Notes: generated by a model from the sequence alone, not told the origin. A DNA stretch of 64,000 nucleotides from Waterburya sp. (GCA_965217895.1 CBDCJV010000002.1:3968001-4032000), one strand, 5' to 3'; numbered from the stretch's first letter, positions 19,261 through 29,188 are shown. Translations and numbers: made by a program.

Positions 19261-20295
19261 TTAAAATAATTCTTCTAGAAACAATTCTATTAATTCTTGA
19301 GTAGTAACAAGAGTTTCAGTGTCCTGTGAATACAAGTCTTGAGTGCGATAACCCTGGCAGAGAATTTTATCCCTAGCCTGTTGTAAACTTTTTACCGCAG
19401 CTACTTCCTCCCATTGTTCTAACATCATCATTGCACTAGCTAAAGTACCTAAAGGATTAGCCAAATTTTTTCCTGCTATATTAGGTGCAGTGCCATGAAT
19501 CGCTTCGTACATACCAAAGCCTGACTCGTTAAGACTAGCAGAACCTAATAAACCTATTGAGCCAACTAAAGCACCACCAAGATCGCTTAAGATATCTCCA
19601 AATAAGTTACCTGCCAAAATAACATCAAAATGCTGCGGATTGACGATCAACTGCATAGCTAAGTTATCTACTAGCATTGGCTCAACAACAACATTAGGAT
19701 ATTCTTGAGCAACTTCTCCTACCAATTTTGTCCAAGGTAAATGGGGTAAGGCGTTTTCTTTATGCGCCACCGTAAGCAAGCCTCGTCTTGCTTTGGCTTT
19801 GGCTAGAGCAAGTTTAGCAATACGTTTAATCTGCCAGTCATAATACTGCATAGTGTGATAACCATAGCTACCCTGTTCATTTTTTCCTCTCCCTGATGCG
19901 CCAAAGTAAATCCCGCTAACTAACTCCCGAACAAATAAAATGTCTACTCCTGCAAGGCAATCGCTTTTTATACTAGATTTATCTAACAGACTAGGAATTA
20001 CTTTAACTGGACGCAGATTGACAAAGAAATCAAACTTCTTTCTTAGTTCTAATAATCCGCCTTTACTGACTGCACCAAAGAGAATGCCATCGGCTTGACT
20101 ACATAGCTGAGATGTTGATTCAGGGAAATACGAGCCATACCGTTGAAATGCCGATTCTCCAATTACGCCATAGTCTACTTGCAGTTTAAAATCGTGCTTT
20201 TTAGCTACCTGTTGCAAAATAGTCAGCGTGGCATCTACTACTTCTAAACCGATTCCCTCTCCTGGCAAAGCTGCAATACGATATTCTTTGGTCAT
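19261..20295 (-). CDS. Isocitrate/isopropylmalate dehydrogenase family protein (divergent LeuB-like)
   Basis: LPGEGIG, NLRP, RELVSGIYFG, NLFGDILSD, HGTAPNIAG. Confidence 0.85.
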   Translation of the reverse strand: MTKEYRIAALPGEGIGLEVVDATLTILQQVAKKHDFKLQVDYGVIGESAFQRYGSYFPESTSQLCSQADGILFGAVSKGGLLELRKKFDFFVNLRPVKVIPSLLDKSSIKSDCLAGVDILFVRELVSGIYFGASGRGKNEQGSYGYHTMQYYDWQIKRIAKLALAKAKARRGLLTVAHKENALPHLPWTKLVGEVAQEYPNVVVEPMLVDNLAMQLIVNPQHFDVILAGNLFGDILSDLGGALVGSIGLLGSASLNESGFGMYEAIHGTAPNIAGKNLANPLGTLASAMMMLEQWEEVAAVKSLQQARDKILCQGYRTQDLYSQDTETLVTTQELIELFLEELF

Positions 20296-20415
20296 TATTC
20301 ATTGTTAAATTAGAGTCAATCCAGCAGATTTGCTTCAATAACAGTCTGGAAATCTTACTGATACAGTTATTTGGCTGTTCTCTAAGTAAAATAACTATAC
20401 ATTTTCTGCTTTAAT

Positions 20416-20700
20416 CTATAAAATCCGTATCGGATCTGTTGCGAAGTCATCATCTTCGTAATTTTCATATTGCAGTCTAACTTCACGCTTTAATTCATAT
20501 AAAGTATCACTTAAGTCAGCCTCTGCCCGATCTAAAGTTCTTTTATTATCTTGTTCGAGGCTTTTGAGAATATCTTCACACAGATCATTAATGCGACGAT
20601 GGTAATAACTAGCGAATTGACTACCAAAATCAAGTGTAATTTCTGCAAGTATACGTTGCGCCTGTTGGGTTAAAGCTATAGCACGGTTACGTTTTTCCAC
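20416..20700 (-). CDS. Stand-alone DnaK C-terminal (lid) domain-like protein or gene fragment
   Basis: EKRNRA...LDFGSQFA...RRI...ADLSDTLYELKREVRLQY...DDDF resembles the C-terminus of the approx. 690-aa cyanobacterial DnaK paralog. Confidence 0.65.
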   Translation of the reverse strand: MEKRNRAIALTQQAQRILAEITLDFGSQFASYYHRRINDLCEDILKSLEQDNKRTLDRAEADLSDTLYELKREVRLQYENYEDDDFATDPIRIL

Positions 20701-20809
20701 ACCCTATTATTCCTTATTTTGTTTTTATTACTGTTTTTCTCCTCCATTATAAAAAACCTAAAATTTAATAACGATGTTACTAACAAACTTATAACCTGAA
20801 AACTATTCT

Positions 20810-20854
20810 AGGTCGCTTCACAAATAGGAATAATTTTCATTTGTGAAGCGACCT
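20810..20854. repeat. 16-bp perfect inverted repeat
   Basis: AGGTCGCTTCACAAAT / ATTTGTGAAGCGACCT. Confidence 0.7.
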
Positions 20855-21039
20855 GTTGTTACTTTAAAAGGTTGTGGAGAATTTATCTAATCAAATAGTA
20901 AAGTACAAGCGATCGCGTATTTTAAACGCTTCACCTGTAGATACGAAACATGACGCTCAAAAATTGTTTAATACAAAATCTGATTCTAATTATGCGATCG
21001 CTTTTATGGTTTTATATTGATCTTCTGAGCTAAAGACTA

Positions 21040-21999
21040 TTACCAATCCCACATTACGGGATTGTCATCAAGATGATCGGTTACTTGTCTACCAATTTGG
21101 TCGATTTCCTGCAATTCATCGGCAGACAGATTGACTGAAGCTGCTTTGGCATTATCTTCTGCTTGCTCTGCATTGCGTGCGCCGGCGATCGCATTTGTTT
21201 GAGGTTGAGCGATTAACCAAGCCAAGGAAAGTTGAGCCAAAGTACAATTGTGGCTTTTAGCAATGGGACGAAGCTGTTCTAGAGCTTTCTGAGCGCGTTG
21301 ATAGTTTTCTCCTTGGAAAAGCGTATTGTCAACTCGATGATCTCCTTCGGCAAACTGATGATCTAAGCCAAATTTACCTGTAAGTAATCCTTGCGCCAGG
21401 GAGGAATAAGCCAAAATCGAGATATTATTGGCTTCACAATAAGGCACGGCATCATTTTCTATTTTGCGCCAGAAAAGGGAATAAGGAGGCTGTAAACTAT
21501 CAACTCGTCCATACTGGCTTGCTTCTTCTAATTGAGTACCAGAGAAATTAGAAACCCCAATTGCGCGAATTTTGCCTTGTTCTTTGAGTTTATTTAAAGC
21601 ACTCATGGTTTCTTCTATAGGCACAACCTTGTTATTAAAAGCACCAGAAGGCCAATGAACTTGATACAGATCGATATAGTCGGTATTGAGATTTTTTAAA
21701 GAGCGATCGCAAGCTTCGATTACCTGGTCATATTGAAGGTGATTGGCAAATACTTTAGAAGCATAAACGACATTATCCCGTTCGTCACTCAAAGCTTTAG
21801 CGACAATTTGTTCTGAATGACCTGCGCCATAAACTTCGGCTGTATCTATAGTGGTTATCCCAGCTTCATAAGCTTGGCGAATAGCTTTGATAGTTTCTGT
21901 GTCTTCAATGCCTACCCACATCTTTTTACCTGCTTGCCAAGTTCCCATCAGGATAGGAGTAATTTGAATCTCTGATTTTCCTAGCGATCGCGTTTCCAT
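21040..21999 (-). CDS. Aldo/keto reductase
   Basis: IDTAEVYG, DYIDLYQVHWP, GKIRAIGVSNF. Confidence 0.95.
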   Translation of the reverse strand: METRSLGKSEIQITPILMGTWQAGKKMWVGIEDTETIKAIRQAYEAGITTIDTAEVYGAGHSEQIVAKALSDERDNVVYASKVFANHLQYDQVIEACDRSLKNLNTDYIDLYQVHWPSGAFNNKVVPIEETMSALNKLKEQGKIRAIGVSNFSGTQLEEASQYGRVDSLQPPYSLFWRKIENDAVPYCEANNISILAYSSLAQGLLTGKFGLDHQFAEGDHRVDNTLFQGENYQRAQKALEQLRPIAKSHNCTLAQLSLAWLIAQPQTNAIAGARNAEQAEDNAKAASVNLSADELQEIDQIGRQVTDHLDDNPVMWDW

Positions 22000-22140
22000 A
22001 ATCTATAATTTTGTGGTGTATCGATTCTTATAGATATTATGATCGATTTTAAGCGTCGTTTTTTGTGCATAATTTATCCTGCCAATTTAAGTTTATTTTG
22101 TTTCTAGCCGAAATTTGTCTGTAAAAACCAGAATATAATA

Positions 22141-22250
22141 CTGGGGGAACTTTCCCCCAGACCCCACTCTCGCGCATTCCCTTGCGCCTGAAGGCGACGC
22201 GGGGTCGCTCGCCTGTTGGGGACGTGACGACCCTCCCCAAACCCCTTCCG
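22141..22250 (+). repeat. Composite intergenic repeat (hairpin plus GC-rich dispersed repeat copy 3)
   Basis: CTGGGGGAA/TTCCCCCAG hairpin; 22181-22223 matches 5663-5706 on the minus strand. Confidence 0.6.
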
Positions 22251-22463
22251 TAAAAATTAACCATGATTTTTACTCATCAGCTAATTTCTAATTATCTAGA
22301 TGAAGAATTAAGTCTACTTGAGTTAGGTTCTTAAAAGAATCTTTGTTTATCTTGAAGTATTAGACTTTTTATAAGTTGATAGTTAAAAAATTAATTCGCA
22401 TCAAACATTCTTTGCCAGGACTTACTATTATTTGCTCGGCATCTATTAGACCTCTTGCATGAA

Positions 22464-23347
22464 TCAGGCGATCGCTAAATCCAATCCACAATTATATAAA
22501 CCAGCAATAAGATTAAAGCGCAATCCAAATCGACGACAGTGATTACGATATGGCTGTGACAGAATCCGAAAAATCTTGATTGCACGAATAACGTGTTCTA
22601 CATAGATTCTCTGCCGTGCTAATTCGCGATTGTATTGCTTTTCCATTGAAGTTAACGGCTTTTTTTTTGATTTTTTAAAGGGAGTGTAACTAAGATTATG
22701 AATTTTCTTAATCCCTTGATATCCTTTATCTGCTAGGAGTTCAATTGGACTTAACAGTTTGACTCGACTTCTTTTAAATAATTGAAAGTCATGTTCTTTT
22801 CCTGTCCCATGTGCGGTACAAATGACTTGAAGACTTTGAGTATCAACTATTACCTGAGACTTGAGAGTATGTCTTTTCTTTCTTGATGCAGTCGCTCATG
22901 GGGGAAACCCCCAAGACCGCGCTGCATCGCTTTTTCCACTGTAATAACTTCTTTGTTTTTTTTAGGACGTTCAATCGGACTTTCTCCTACATCTACAATT
23001 ATCACTGACCATTCTCTTTCGGTAGATGAAAGTGCTTTTTTGCCTGGTAAACTAAATTTTCTTGATTTAATCAACTGATCTTCTACTCGATGAACTATTC
23101 TGCATACTGTTGATTCATGAACTCCCCATGACTGTCCTATGTGAAAATAAGTTCGATACTCGCGCCAGTATTGCAGGGCGATGAGCAACTGGTCTTCAGT
23201 ACTTATTTTTGGTTGACCGCCTCGTTGTTTTGACTGGGGTAACTCTTGCTTCAATACTTCCACCATCTGTTCAAACAGCTGTGGTTTAACCCCACACAAA
23301 CGTTTGAACTCTTTTGCTCTCAAATCTTTGATTTGTTCGTAGGTCAT
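22464..23347 (-). pseudogene. IS5-family transposase; A8 -1 frameshift site at 22956-22963; second frame stopped by an inserted repeat
   Basis: orfA YWREYRTYFHIG...IVDVGESPIERPKK; -1 frame YYSGK[insert with TGA]KKRHTLKSQ...ADKGYQG...RIYVEHV. Confidence 0.88.
22881..22931 (-). repeat. 51-nt small dispersed repeat inserted in the transposase
   Basis: GCGATGCAGCGCGGTCTTGGGGGTTTCCCCCATGAGCGACTGCATCAAGA hairpin splitting the SGK|KKRH motif. Confidence 0.85.
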
Positions 23348-23627
23348 GTTTTTATTCGCGATCGCTTATATTACCTACTTTTCTCATTTTCTGAGTATTC
23401 ATGCAAGAGGTCTATTATGTGCCGTCTTCCATAAACGATGTTAATCGGCAGAAAAGTAGTGTTTTTGTTTTGTTAATCTAGCCATAAAAAATAATTAGCA
23501 ATCATAAATCTGGATCTAGAACCGCGAAGCGGTTAGCTGTAAGCGACATAGCGATGGGTTCAACTCTCTCACTATGCTAAAGGAGTGGAGTAATTAAACC
23601 TCTAGCTTGAAGCTCTAAGCCTAGGGT

Positions 23628-24533
23628 TTAGAGCTTTTTTGTTAAATTGTTTTGTTGTTTTTGATATTCTCTATTTTGACGACGATTTTCTTGGCGTGCT
23701 TTTTTGTCTGGGGTTAGGCGATCGTAACAGTAGGGACAAGAGATATGAGATTCATATTGGGGAGAGTTTTTATCCGCTTCTGATATAGGATGCCCACAGG
23801 CATAGCACAGTTCATAATTACCAGGCTCTAATCCTTCTTTAACTGCAACTCGCTCATCAAAGACAAAGCATTCTCCTGACCACATACTTTCCTCAGAAGA
23901 CACGTTTTCTAGATATTTCAAAATTCCTCCTTGGAGATGATACACCTCTTTGAATCCCTGAGAAAGCATATAGGATGAGGCTTTTTCGCAGCGTATTCCT
24001 CCTGTGCAGAACATTGCTACTTTTGAATGCTGTTTTGGGTCGAGATTTTTGGCTACGTATTCAGGAAATTCACGAAAAGATTGGGTATTGGGTTTTTTTG
24101 CTCGTTGGAAGCTGCCAATTTCTACTTCATAGTCATTTCTGGTGTCAATTACTACTACTTCTGGATCGCTGATTATTTGATTCCAGTCCTGGGGTGCAAC
24201 ATAAGTACCCACTTGCTGAGTCGGATTTACTTCGCTTATGCCTAGGGTAACTATTTCTGATTTGATTTTTACCTTTAGTCGGACAAAAGGTAGCTTTTGG
24301 GATGTTGATTCTTTGAATTCCAAATCTACTAAACCAGGAATAGTACGTAAATAAGATAATACACTTGCGATCGCCTTACCACTGCCTGCGATCGTGCCGT
24401 TAATTCCTTCTTCTGCCAGAATAATTGTACCTTTAACTTGATTTTCTCGACAAAATGCCAATATTTGCCCTTTTTTTGCTTCAATATCCGAGATAGTCAC
24501 AAATTTGTAAAAAGTAGCAATGATATAAGACAT
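23628..24533 (-). CDS. trhO: Rhodanese-related tRNA U34 hydroxylase (TrhO/YceA family)
   Basis: EGINGT, DTRNDYE, FCTGGIRCEKAS, GECFVFDER. Confidence 0.9.
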   Translation of the reverse strand: MSYIIATFYKFVTISDIEAKKGQILAFCRENQVKGTIILAEEGINGTIAGSGKAIASVLSYLRTIPGLVDLEFKESTSQKLPFVRLKVKIKSEIVTLGISEVNPTQQVGTYVAPQDWNQIISDPEVVVIDTRNDYEVEIGSFQRAKKPNTQSFREFPEYVAKNLDPKQHSKVAMFCTGGIRCEKASSYMLSQGFKEVYHLQGGILKYLENVSSEESMWSGECFVFDERVAVKEGLEPGNYELCYACGHPISEADKNSPQYESHISCPYCYDRLTPDKKARQENRRQNREYQKQQNNLTKKL

Positions 24534-24544
24534 GAGAAAAACAA

Positions 24545-25324
24545 CTATGACTGAGGAAATTCTTTATTTTGTACTTCTTGACTAAATTCTTGAACAGCAT
24601 CGCTAATAATCTGCCGTAAATTGACATAAGATTTAGCAAACGGTGGTTGCCTGGTTGACAAGCCTAATAAGTCGGCGGTAACTAAAACCTGACCATCGCA
24701 CTGATTGCCTGCACCAATACCAATGGTAGGAATAGTTAGCTTAGAAGTAATAGTGGCAGCTAAATCTCTGGGGATATGTTCGAGGACAATCGCAAATGCT
24801 CCCGCTTGCTGTAGAGCGATCGCCCGATCGATAATTAAATTTGCGTCTTCAATCGTTTTTCCCTGTTGCTTGTAGCCTAAAATCCGAAATGACTGAGGAG
24901 TTAAGCCAACATGGCCCATGACGGGAATACCTACAGCAGTTAATTCAGCTACAGTTTCAACGATGCGCGGATTTCCTCCTTCCAACTTTATAGCTGCTGC
25001 ACCCGTTTCTTTTAGTATTCTTCCTGCTGTCTCCATTGCCTGAGTCACGCTGGCTTGATAGCTCATAAAAGGCAAATCACAGACAACCAAGGCTTTTTTA
25101 ACCCCACGACATACGGCTTTAGCGTGATGAATCATTTCATCTAGAGTTACAGGCAGAGTACTAGTATGCCCCAAGCCCACCATCGCCAAAGAATCTCCTA
25201 CCAGAATTATGTCTACTCCTGCTAAATCTAATGCCTGTGCCAGACTATATTCCCAGGCTGTGAGAGAAATAATTGACCGTCCTGCCTCTTTCCATTGAAT
25301 TAATTGCTGTATAGTTACTGCCAT
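24545..25324 (-). CDS. panB: 3-methyl-2-oxobutanoate hydroxymethyltransferase
   Basis: [32 protein letters not shown]. Confidence 0.97.
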   Translation of the reverse strand: MAVTIQQLIQWKEAGRSIISLTAWEYSLAQALDLAGVDIILVGDSLAMVGLGHTSTLPVTLDEMIHHAKAVCRGVKKALVVCDLPFMSYQASVTQAMETAGRILKETGAAAIKLEGGNPRIVETVAELTAVGIPVMGHVGLTPQSFRILGYKQQGKTIEDANLIIDRAIALQQAGAFAIVLEHIPRDLAATITSKLTIPTIGIGAGNQCDGQVLVTADLLGLSTRQPPFAKSYVNLRQIISDAVQEFSQEVQNKEFPQS

Positions 25325-25405
25325 TGCCCCTTAAGCTGGTTGTACAATCTTATCGGCTGTCTTCCTATTATAAAAGCTGAAATACAAAAACCTATTTATT
25401 AGAAT

Positions 25406-26467
25406 ATGGCAAAACTAAAATTACAAAATTTACAAAAAAAATATCGTCCTGATGTAATTCCAGTTAAAGATATTTCCTTGGAGGTTGATGATGGTGAATT
25501 TTTGACTTTATTAGGACCTTCAGGCTGTGGTAAATCGACTTTGTTACGGCTGATTGCGGGTTTAGAGCCACCTACCAAAGGTCAGGTGATGATTGGGCAA
25601 AAAAACCTTAATCAAGCTGCTCCAGGCGATCGCAATATGGCAATGGTCTTCCAAAGCTATGCCCTTTATCCCCACATGACCGCAGCCGAAAATATTGCCA
25701 CTGCTTTAAAGTTGCGTAAAATGCCCCAGGAGCAAATTAATCTTAAGGTGAATGATGCAGCACACAAATTAGAGTTAACTAATTTACTTAATCGTAAACC
25801 TGGTCAGATGTCTGGTGGACAAAGACAAAGGGTAGCACTAGCCAGGGCTTTAGTGCGCGATCCTGAAGTATTTTTACTCGATGAACCTCTTAGTAATTTA
25901 GACGCTTTACTGCGAGAGCAAGTTAGGGCGCAGATGAAACAGTTGTTTAAAGACCAAAATAAGCCTGTGGTGTATGTTACCCACGATCAAACTGAGGCGA
26001 TGTCTCTTTCTACCAAGGTAGCAGTCCTAAAAGATGGGTTGATTCAGCAACTAGATCCTCCCAGTCGCATTTATTCCCATCCAGCTAATGAATTTGTTGC
26101 CAGCTTTGTGGGTAGTCCGCAAATGAATCTTTTAACCCTCAGATGTGAGGGCAATAAGGCACTTCTAGGCAGATATAAGTTCGAGCTACCTGGAAGTGCG
26201 AATAAGCTATCTGAAATCATCTTTGGTATTCGTCCTGAAGATGTATCCCTAGCATCTTCAGATTTAGAGTCTACTATTATGGGTCAGGCCTATTTGGTTG
26301 AACAATTAGGCAAAGATAATCTAGTCAGCCTCAAGATTGCTGATTCTGAAAAAACTATTCGGGCATTATTGCCCAGTGATGGTAATTGGCAAGATAAAAC
26401 TATTCCCCTAGCGATTAAACCAGGGAGAATTCATTGGTTTAATGCCGAAAATGGCGATGCCTTCTAA
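25406..26467 (+). CDS. Carbohydrate ABC transporter ATP-binding subunit (MalK family)
   Basis: GPSGCGKST, MSGGQRQR, LLDEPLSNLD, YVTHDQTEA. Confidence 0.95.
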   Translation: MAKLKLQNLQKKYRPDVIPVKDISLEVDDGEFLTLLGPSGCGKSTLLRLIAGLEPPTKGQVMIGQKNLNQAAPGDRNMAMVFQSYALYPHMTAAENIATALKLRKMPQEQINLKVNDAAHKLELTNLLNRKPGQMSGGQRQRVALARALVRDPEVFLLDEPLSNLDALLREQVRAQMKQLFKDQNKPVVYVTHDQTEAMSLSTKVAVLKDGLIQQLDPPSRIYSHPANEFVASFVGSPQMNLLTLRCEGNKALLGRYKFELPGSANKLSEIIFGIRPEDVSLASSDLESTIMGQAYLVEQLGKDNLVSLKIADSEKTIRALLPSDGNWQDKTIPLAIKPGRIHWFNAENGDAF

Positions 26468-26521
26468 CGGGCGTGGAACATGGCGAAAAAGTTCGCCGTT
26501 TCCGGCCGCTCTAGCTTCGCA
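26457..26521 (+). repeat. 65-nt GC-rich insertion inside a HIP1 site at the 3' end of the ABC ATPase gene
   Basis: GCG (26454-56) and ATCGC (26522-26) flank the insert; its removal restores GCGATCGC and ...ENGDRLDRQ*. Confidence 0.7.
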
Positions 26522-26599
26522 ATCGCCTCGATCGCCAATAAAGATAGTGGGTAGAGGGTTTGCTTCGGACTTGGCGTAAATCTTAATATGACTAAAATT

Positions 26600-26657
26600 T
26601 ACTACTAACTACCCACTACCCACTACTAACTACTAACTACTAACTACTAACTACTTA
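26600..26657. repeat. Heptamer tandem repeat (STRR-like)
   Basis: ACTACTA/ACTACCC units in tandem between converging genes. Confidence 0.8.
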
Positions 26658-28210
26658 CTAGCCTTTTCCATAACCACTTCAGCCTTCGGTTTAGAAGCCA
26701 TATAGTTAGCTAACTGAGTGTTAATCTGTTCTCTAACAATAAAGCGATACTCGGTAAAGTGTTCTAAATAGGCACAAAGAGTTAAGTATATTTCTAGCTG
26801 ACGAGGTTTTTTAATTAATACTTGTATCAAGTTGGTCCAAAATTTTACGCGAGTTTGAGCCACAATTCCCTGCTTCCATAAGATCAAAAGAAGAGCGCGA
26901 ATTGTTTTAAGGCTAGGTCTTTTAGACACAACGTTTTTGGCATCACCTAGTTTCATATAGTAGCGGAATATGCGATCTAAATAAGCTGAAGGATCGTAAA
27001 GCTGCCAAAACGCATTAACGTATTCCGTGGCGATGTCTTCAATGTTTCTAGTAGGCACAAAATTCATTAAGGTGGTTTGATTAATATTTGCTGCTGAATT
27101 GAGCAATCTACCCTCTTTTTCTAACCTATCCCACAGAGCAGTACTGGGTAAAGCCTGAAGCATACTAAACATTGCCAAAGGAATCTCGGTTTGTTCTACA
27201 AACTGAACAATGCGATCGCCTGCATAAGGTTTTTCGCCATCAAAACCGATGATAAACCCTGCCATTACCTGCATCCCTGCTCTAGTGATTTTATCGATGG
27301 ATTCGGTTAGGGGATCGCGAGTGTTTTGAAATTTACTGGTAAGAGCTAGACTATCTTGATCTGGTGTTTCAATGCCTAAGAAAACTTTTTTAAAGTTGCA
27401 TTCCACCATCAGCTTGAGTAGCTCTTCATCCTGTGCTAAATCTACCGAAGCCTCAGTAGTCAAGCCAAAAGGATAACCTTTGTCTGCCATCCAAACCTTT
27501 AATTCTTTGAGCAATAATTTAACGTTGCGTTTATTGCCGATAAAATTATCATCTACCATAAACACTGCGCCACGCCAACCTAAATCATAGATACGCTCTA
27601 ATTCAGCTAATAGCTGTTGAGGAGTTTTGGTGCGAGGTTTACGTCCATAAAGGACAATGATGTCGCAAAATTCACACTGAAAAGGACAGCCACGAGAAAA
27701 CTGCACCGACATATTGTCATAGGCGTTAAGATCTAATAAGTCATAACGAGGAATTGGAGTTTCCGTTACCGCAGGCTTTTCTGTGGAGCGAAAAACGCCA
27801 CTGCGATCGCCACGCTCAACAGCAGCAATAAACATGGGTAAAGTAATTTCTCCCTCATCCAAGACTAAAAAGTCCGCAGCCTCTACTTCTTGGGGAGATG
27901 TAGTAGCATAAGGACCACCTACGGCTACCAGCTTGTTTCTTTTTTTAGCTTCATGTATCTGTGTGAGCATATCTTTTTTCTGCACAATCATGCCCGATAC
28001 AATGACTAACTCTGCCCACTCCCAGTCCGACTCAGCGATCTCCTGGACATTGTGGTCTACTAGTTTAAATTCCCACTGTTGAGGCAGAATAGCAGCTACT
28101 GTAATTAAACCTAAAGGTGGCATAAGAGCTTTACAATCTACCAAAGCCAAAGTCTTTTCAAATGACCAGAAACTTTTAGGAAATAGGGGGTATAACAATA
28201 AAACCCGCAT
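26651..28210 (-). CDS. B12-binding radical SAM protein (DUF4070 family)
   Basis: PPLGL, VGGPYAT, SRGCPFQCEFC (CxxxCxxC), VDDNFIGN. Confidence 0.92.
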   Translation of the reverse strand: MRVLLLYPLFPKSFWSFEKTLALVDCKALMPPLGLITVAAILPQQWEFKLVDHNVQEIAESDWEWAELVIVSGMIVQKKDMLTQIHEAKKRNKLVAVGGPYATTSPQEVEAADFLVLDEGEITLPMFIAAVERGDRSGVFRSTEKPAVTETPIPRYDLLDLNAYDNMSVQFSRGCPFQCEFCDIIVLYGRKPRTKTPQQLLAELERIYDLGWRGAVFMVDDNFIGNKRNVKLLLKELKVWMADKGYPFGLTTEASVDLAQDEELLKLMVECNFKKVFLGIETPDQDSLALTSKFQNTRDPLTESIDKITRAGMQVMAGFIIGFDGEKPYAGDRIVQFVEQTEIPLAMFSMLQALPSTALWDRLEKEGRLLNSAANINQTTLMNFVPTRNIEDIATEYVNAFWQLYDPSAYLDRIFRYYMKLGDAKNVVSKRPSLKTIRALLLILWKQGIVAQTRVKFWTNLIQVLIKKPRQLEIYLTLCAYLEHFTEYRFIVREQINTQLANYMASKPKAEVVMEKASK

Positions 28211-28886
28211 GATGTGATGCCTCAGATTAACAATTTAAAGTTATATAAGCTTACCTGCCTATTAGGTTAAAAGTCGTTAAAGATTTATGTAATTTTTACT
28301 ACTAAATCTTTATACTATCTAACTGTCAAATGTGGCAATCTGCTCCAACAACTAGAGAGCGAATTGTAAAACCGTAAAAAATGCTTGGTAATATGCAGTT
28401 TTTTTGAATTTTTTGTTAAATTAGAAAGCAGCAAAAACATTAGTCGCAAATTAATTAAGGTGGTATAAAAAACTATTTATATGTATTTTTACGTAGATAA
28501 GTTAGATTGAACAATAATCAGTAGATGTTCAAAAAATTGCTGATTACTCAGTGTAAATACATAGTTTTTTTTGAGACTAATTTTTCTGTAAATCTCTATG
28601 ACAATAGCTTTTTTAGGCTAAAGTTTTATTTATTAAACTTTAGCAATTGACTATTTTAAATTTATAAGAAAAATTAAACCAATTTAATATTTAATGAAAT
28701 TGATATAATATACGTTAGGGATCGAGTCTGGAGTTTTTATTAAATCAAGCGAAAACTAACTATTTTCCGCTTTCATTTAATTGCTATAATATATTTCTTA
28801 AAGTGAAAGATTTAATAAATATTCAAATACTACAGATTCCTAAGCATGAAGCATACCAACCACAGACCTATAGCTAGATTGAAATA

Positions 28887-29165
28887 ATGTTATCTTCCAC
28901 CGCACACCCTCCTTCTGAAGCCGCACTTTGCTGTTATGTAAATGCTACTGCTCATACCGAGATTGTACGCATTACCAATATTCCCCACTGGTATTTCGAG
29001 CGAGTTGTTTTTCCTGGGCAACGTCTGATTTTTGAAGCTCCAGCCATAGCTAAACTGGAAATTCATACAGGTACGGCTATTAGCTCTATTTTGTCTGAAA
29101 CAATTGATTGTCAAGAATTGCAGCTAACTTCTTCTTTTTCTGCTACTTCAGATTCGCTAGCCTAA
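28887..29165 (+). CDS. DUF1830 family protein
   Basis: CCYVNAT...RITNIPHWYFERVVFPGQRLIFEAP..AKLEIH. Confidence 0.85.
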   Translation: MLSSTAHPPSEAALCCYVNATAHTEIVRITNIPHWYFERVVFPGQRLIFEAPAIAKLEIHTGTAISSILSETIDCQELQLTSSFSATSDSLA

Positions 29166-29188
29166 TATAATTTATCAAATCCGCAGAT

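Larger units (their letters stand above)
22448..23413 (-). mobile_element. IS5-family (ISL2/IS702-like) insertion sequence, disrupted
   Basis: Perfect 17-bp TIR AGACCTCTTGCATGAAT at both ends; flanking duplication ATT (or TATTA if the ends are taken 1 nt further in); transposase inside. Confidence 0.92.

Noticed and set aside
22049..22264. 71-aa minus-strand ORF
   Set aside because: Runs across GC-rich intergenic repeats; no protein motif
26600..26657. Tandem repeats here and near 29355, 33170 and 49790 as a possible CRISPR array
   Set aside because: Simple heptamer STRRs without spacers; no cas genes in the window
26651..28210. Calling the radical SAM protein HpnP
   Set aside because: Same broad family, but I cannot confirm HpnP-specific motifs and there are no hopanoid genes nearby
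28289..28302. GTA-N8-TAC NtcA-like site upstream of the radical SAM gene
   Set aside because: Short motif expected many times by chance in AT-rich DNA; no correctly spaced -10 box
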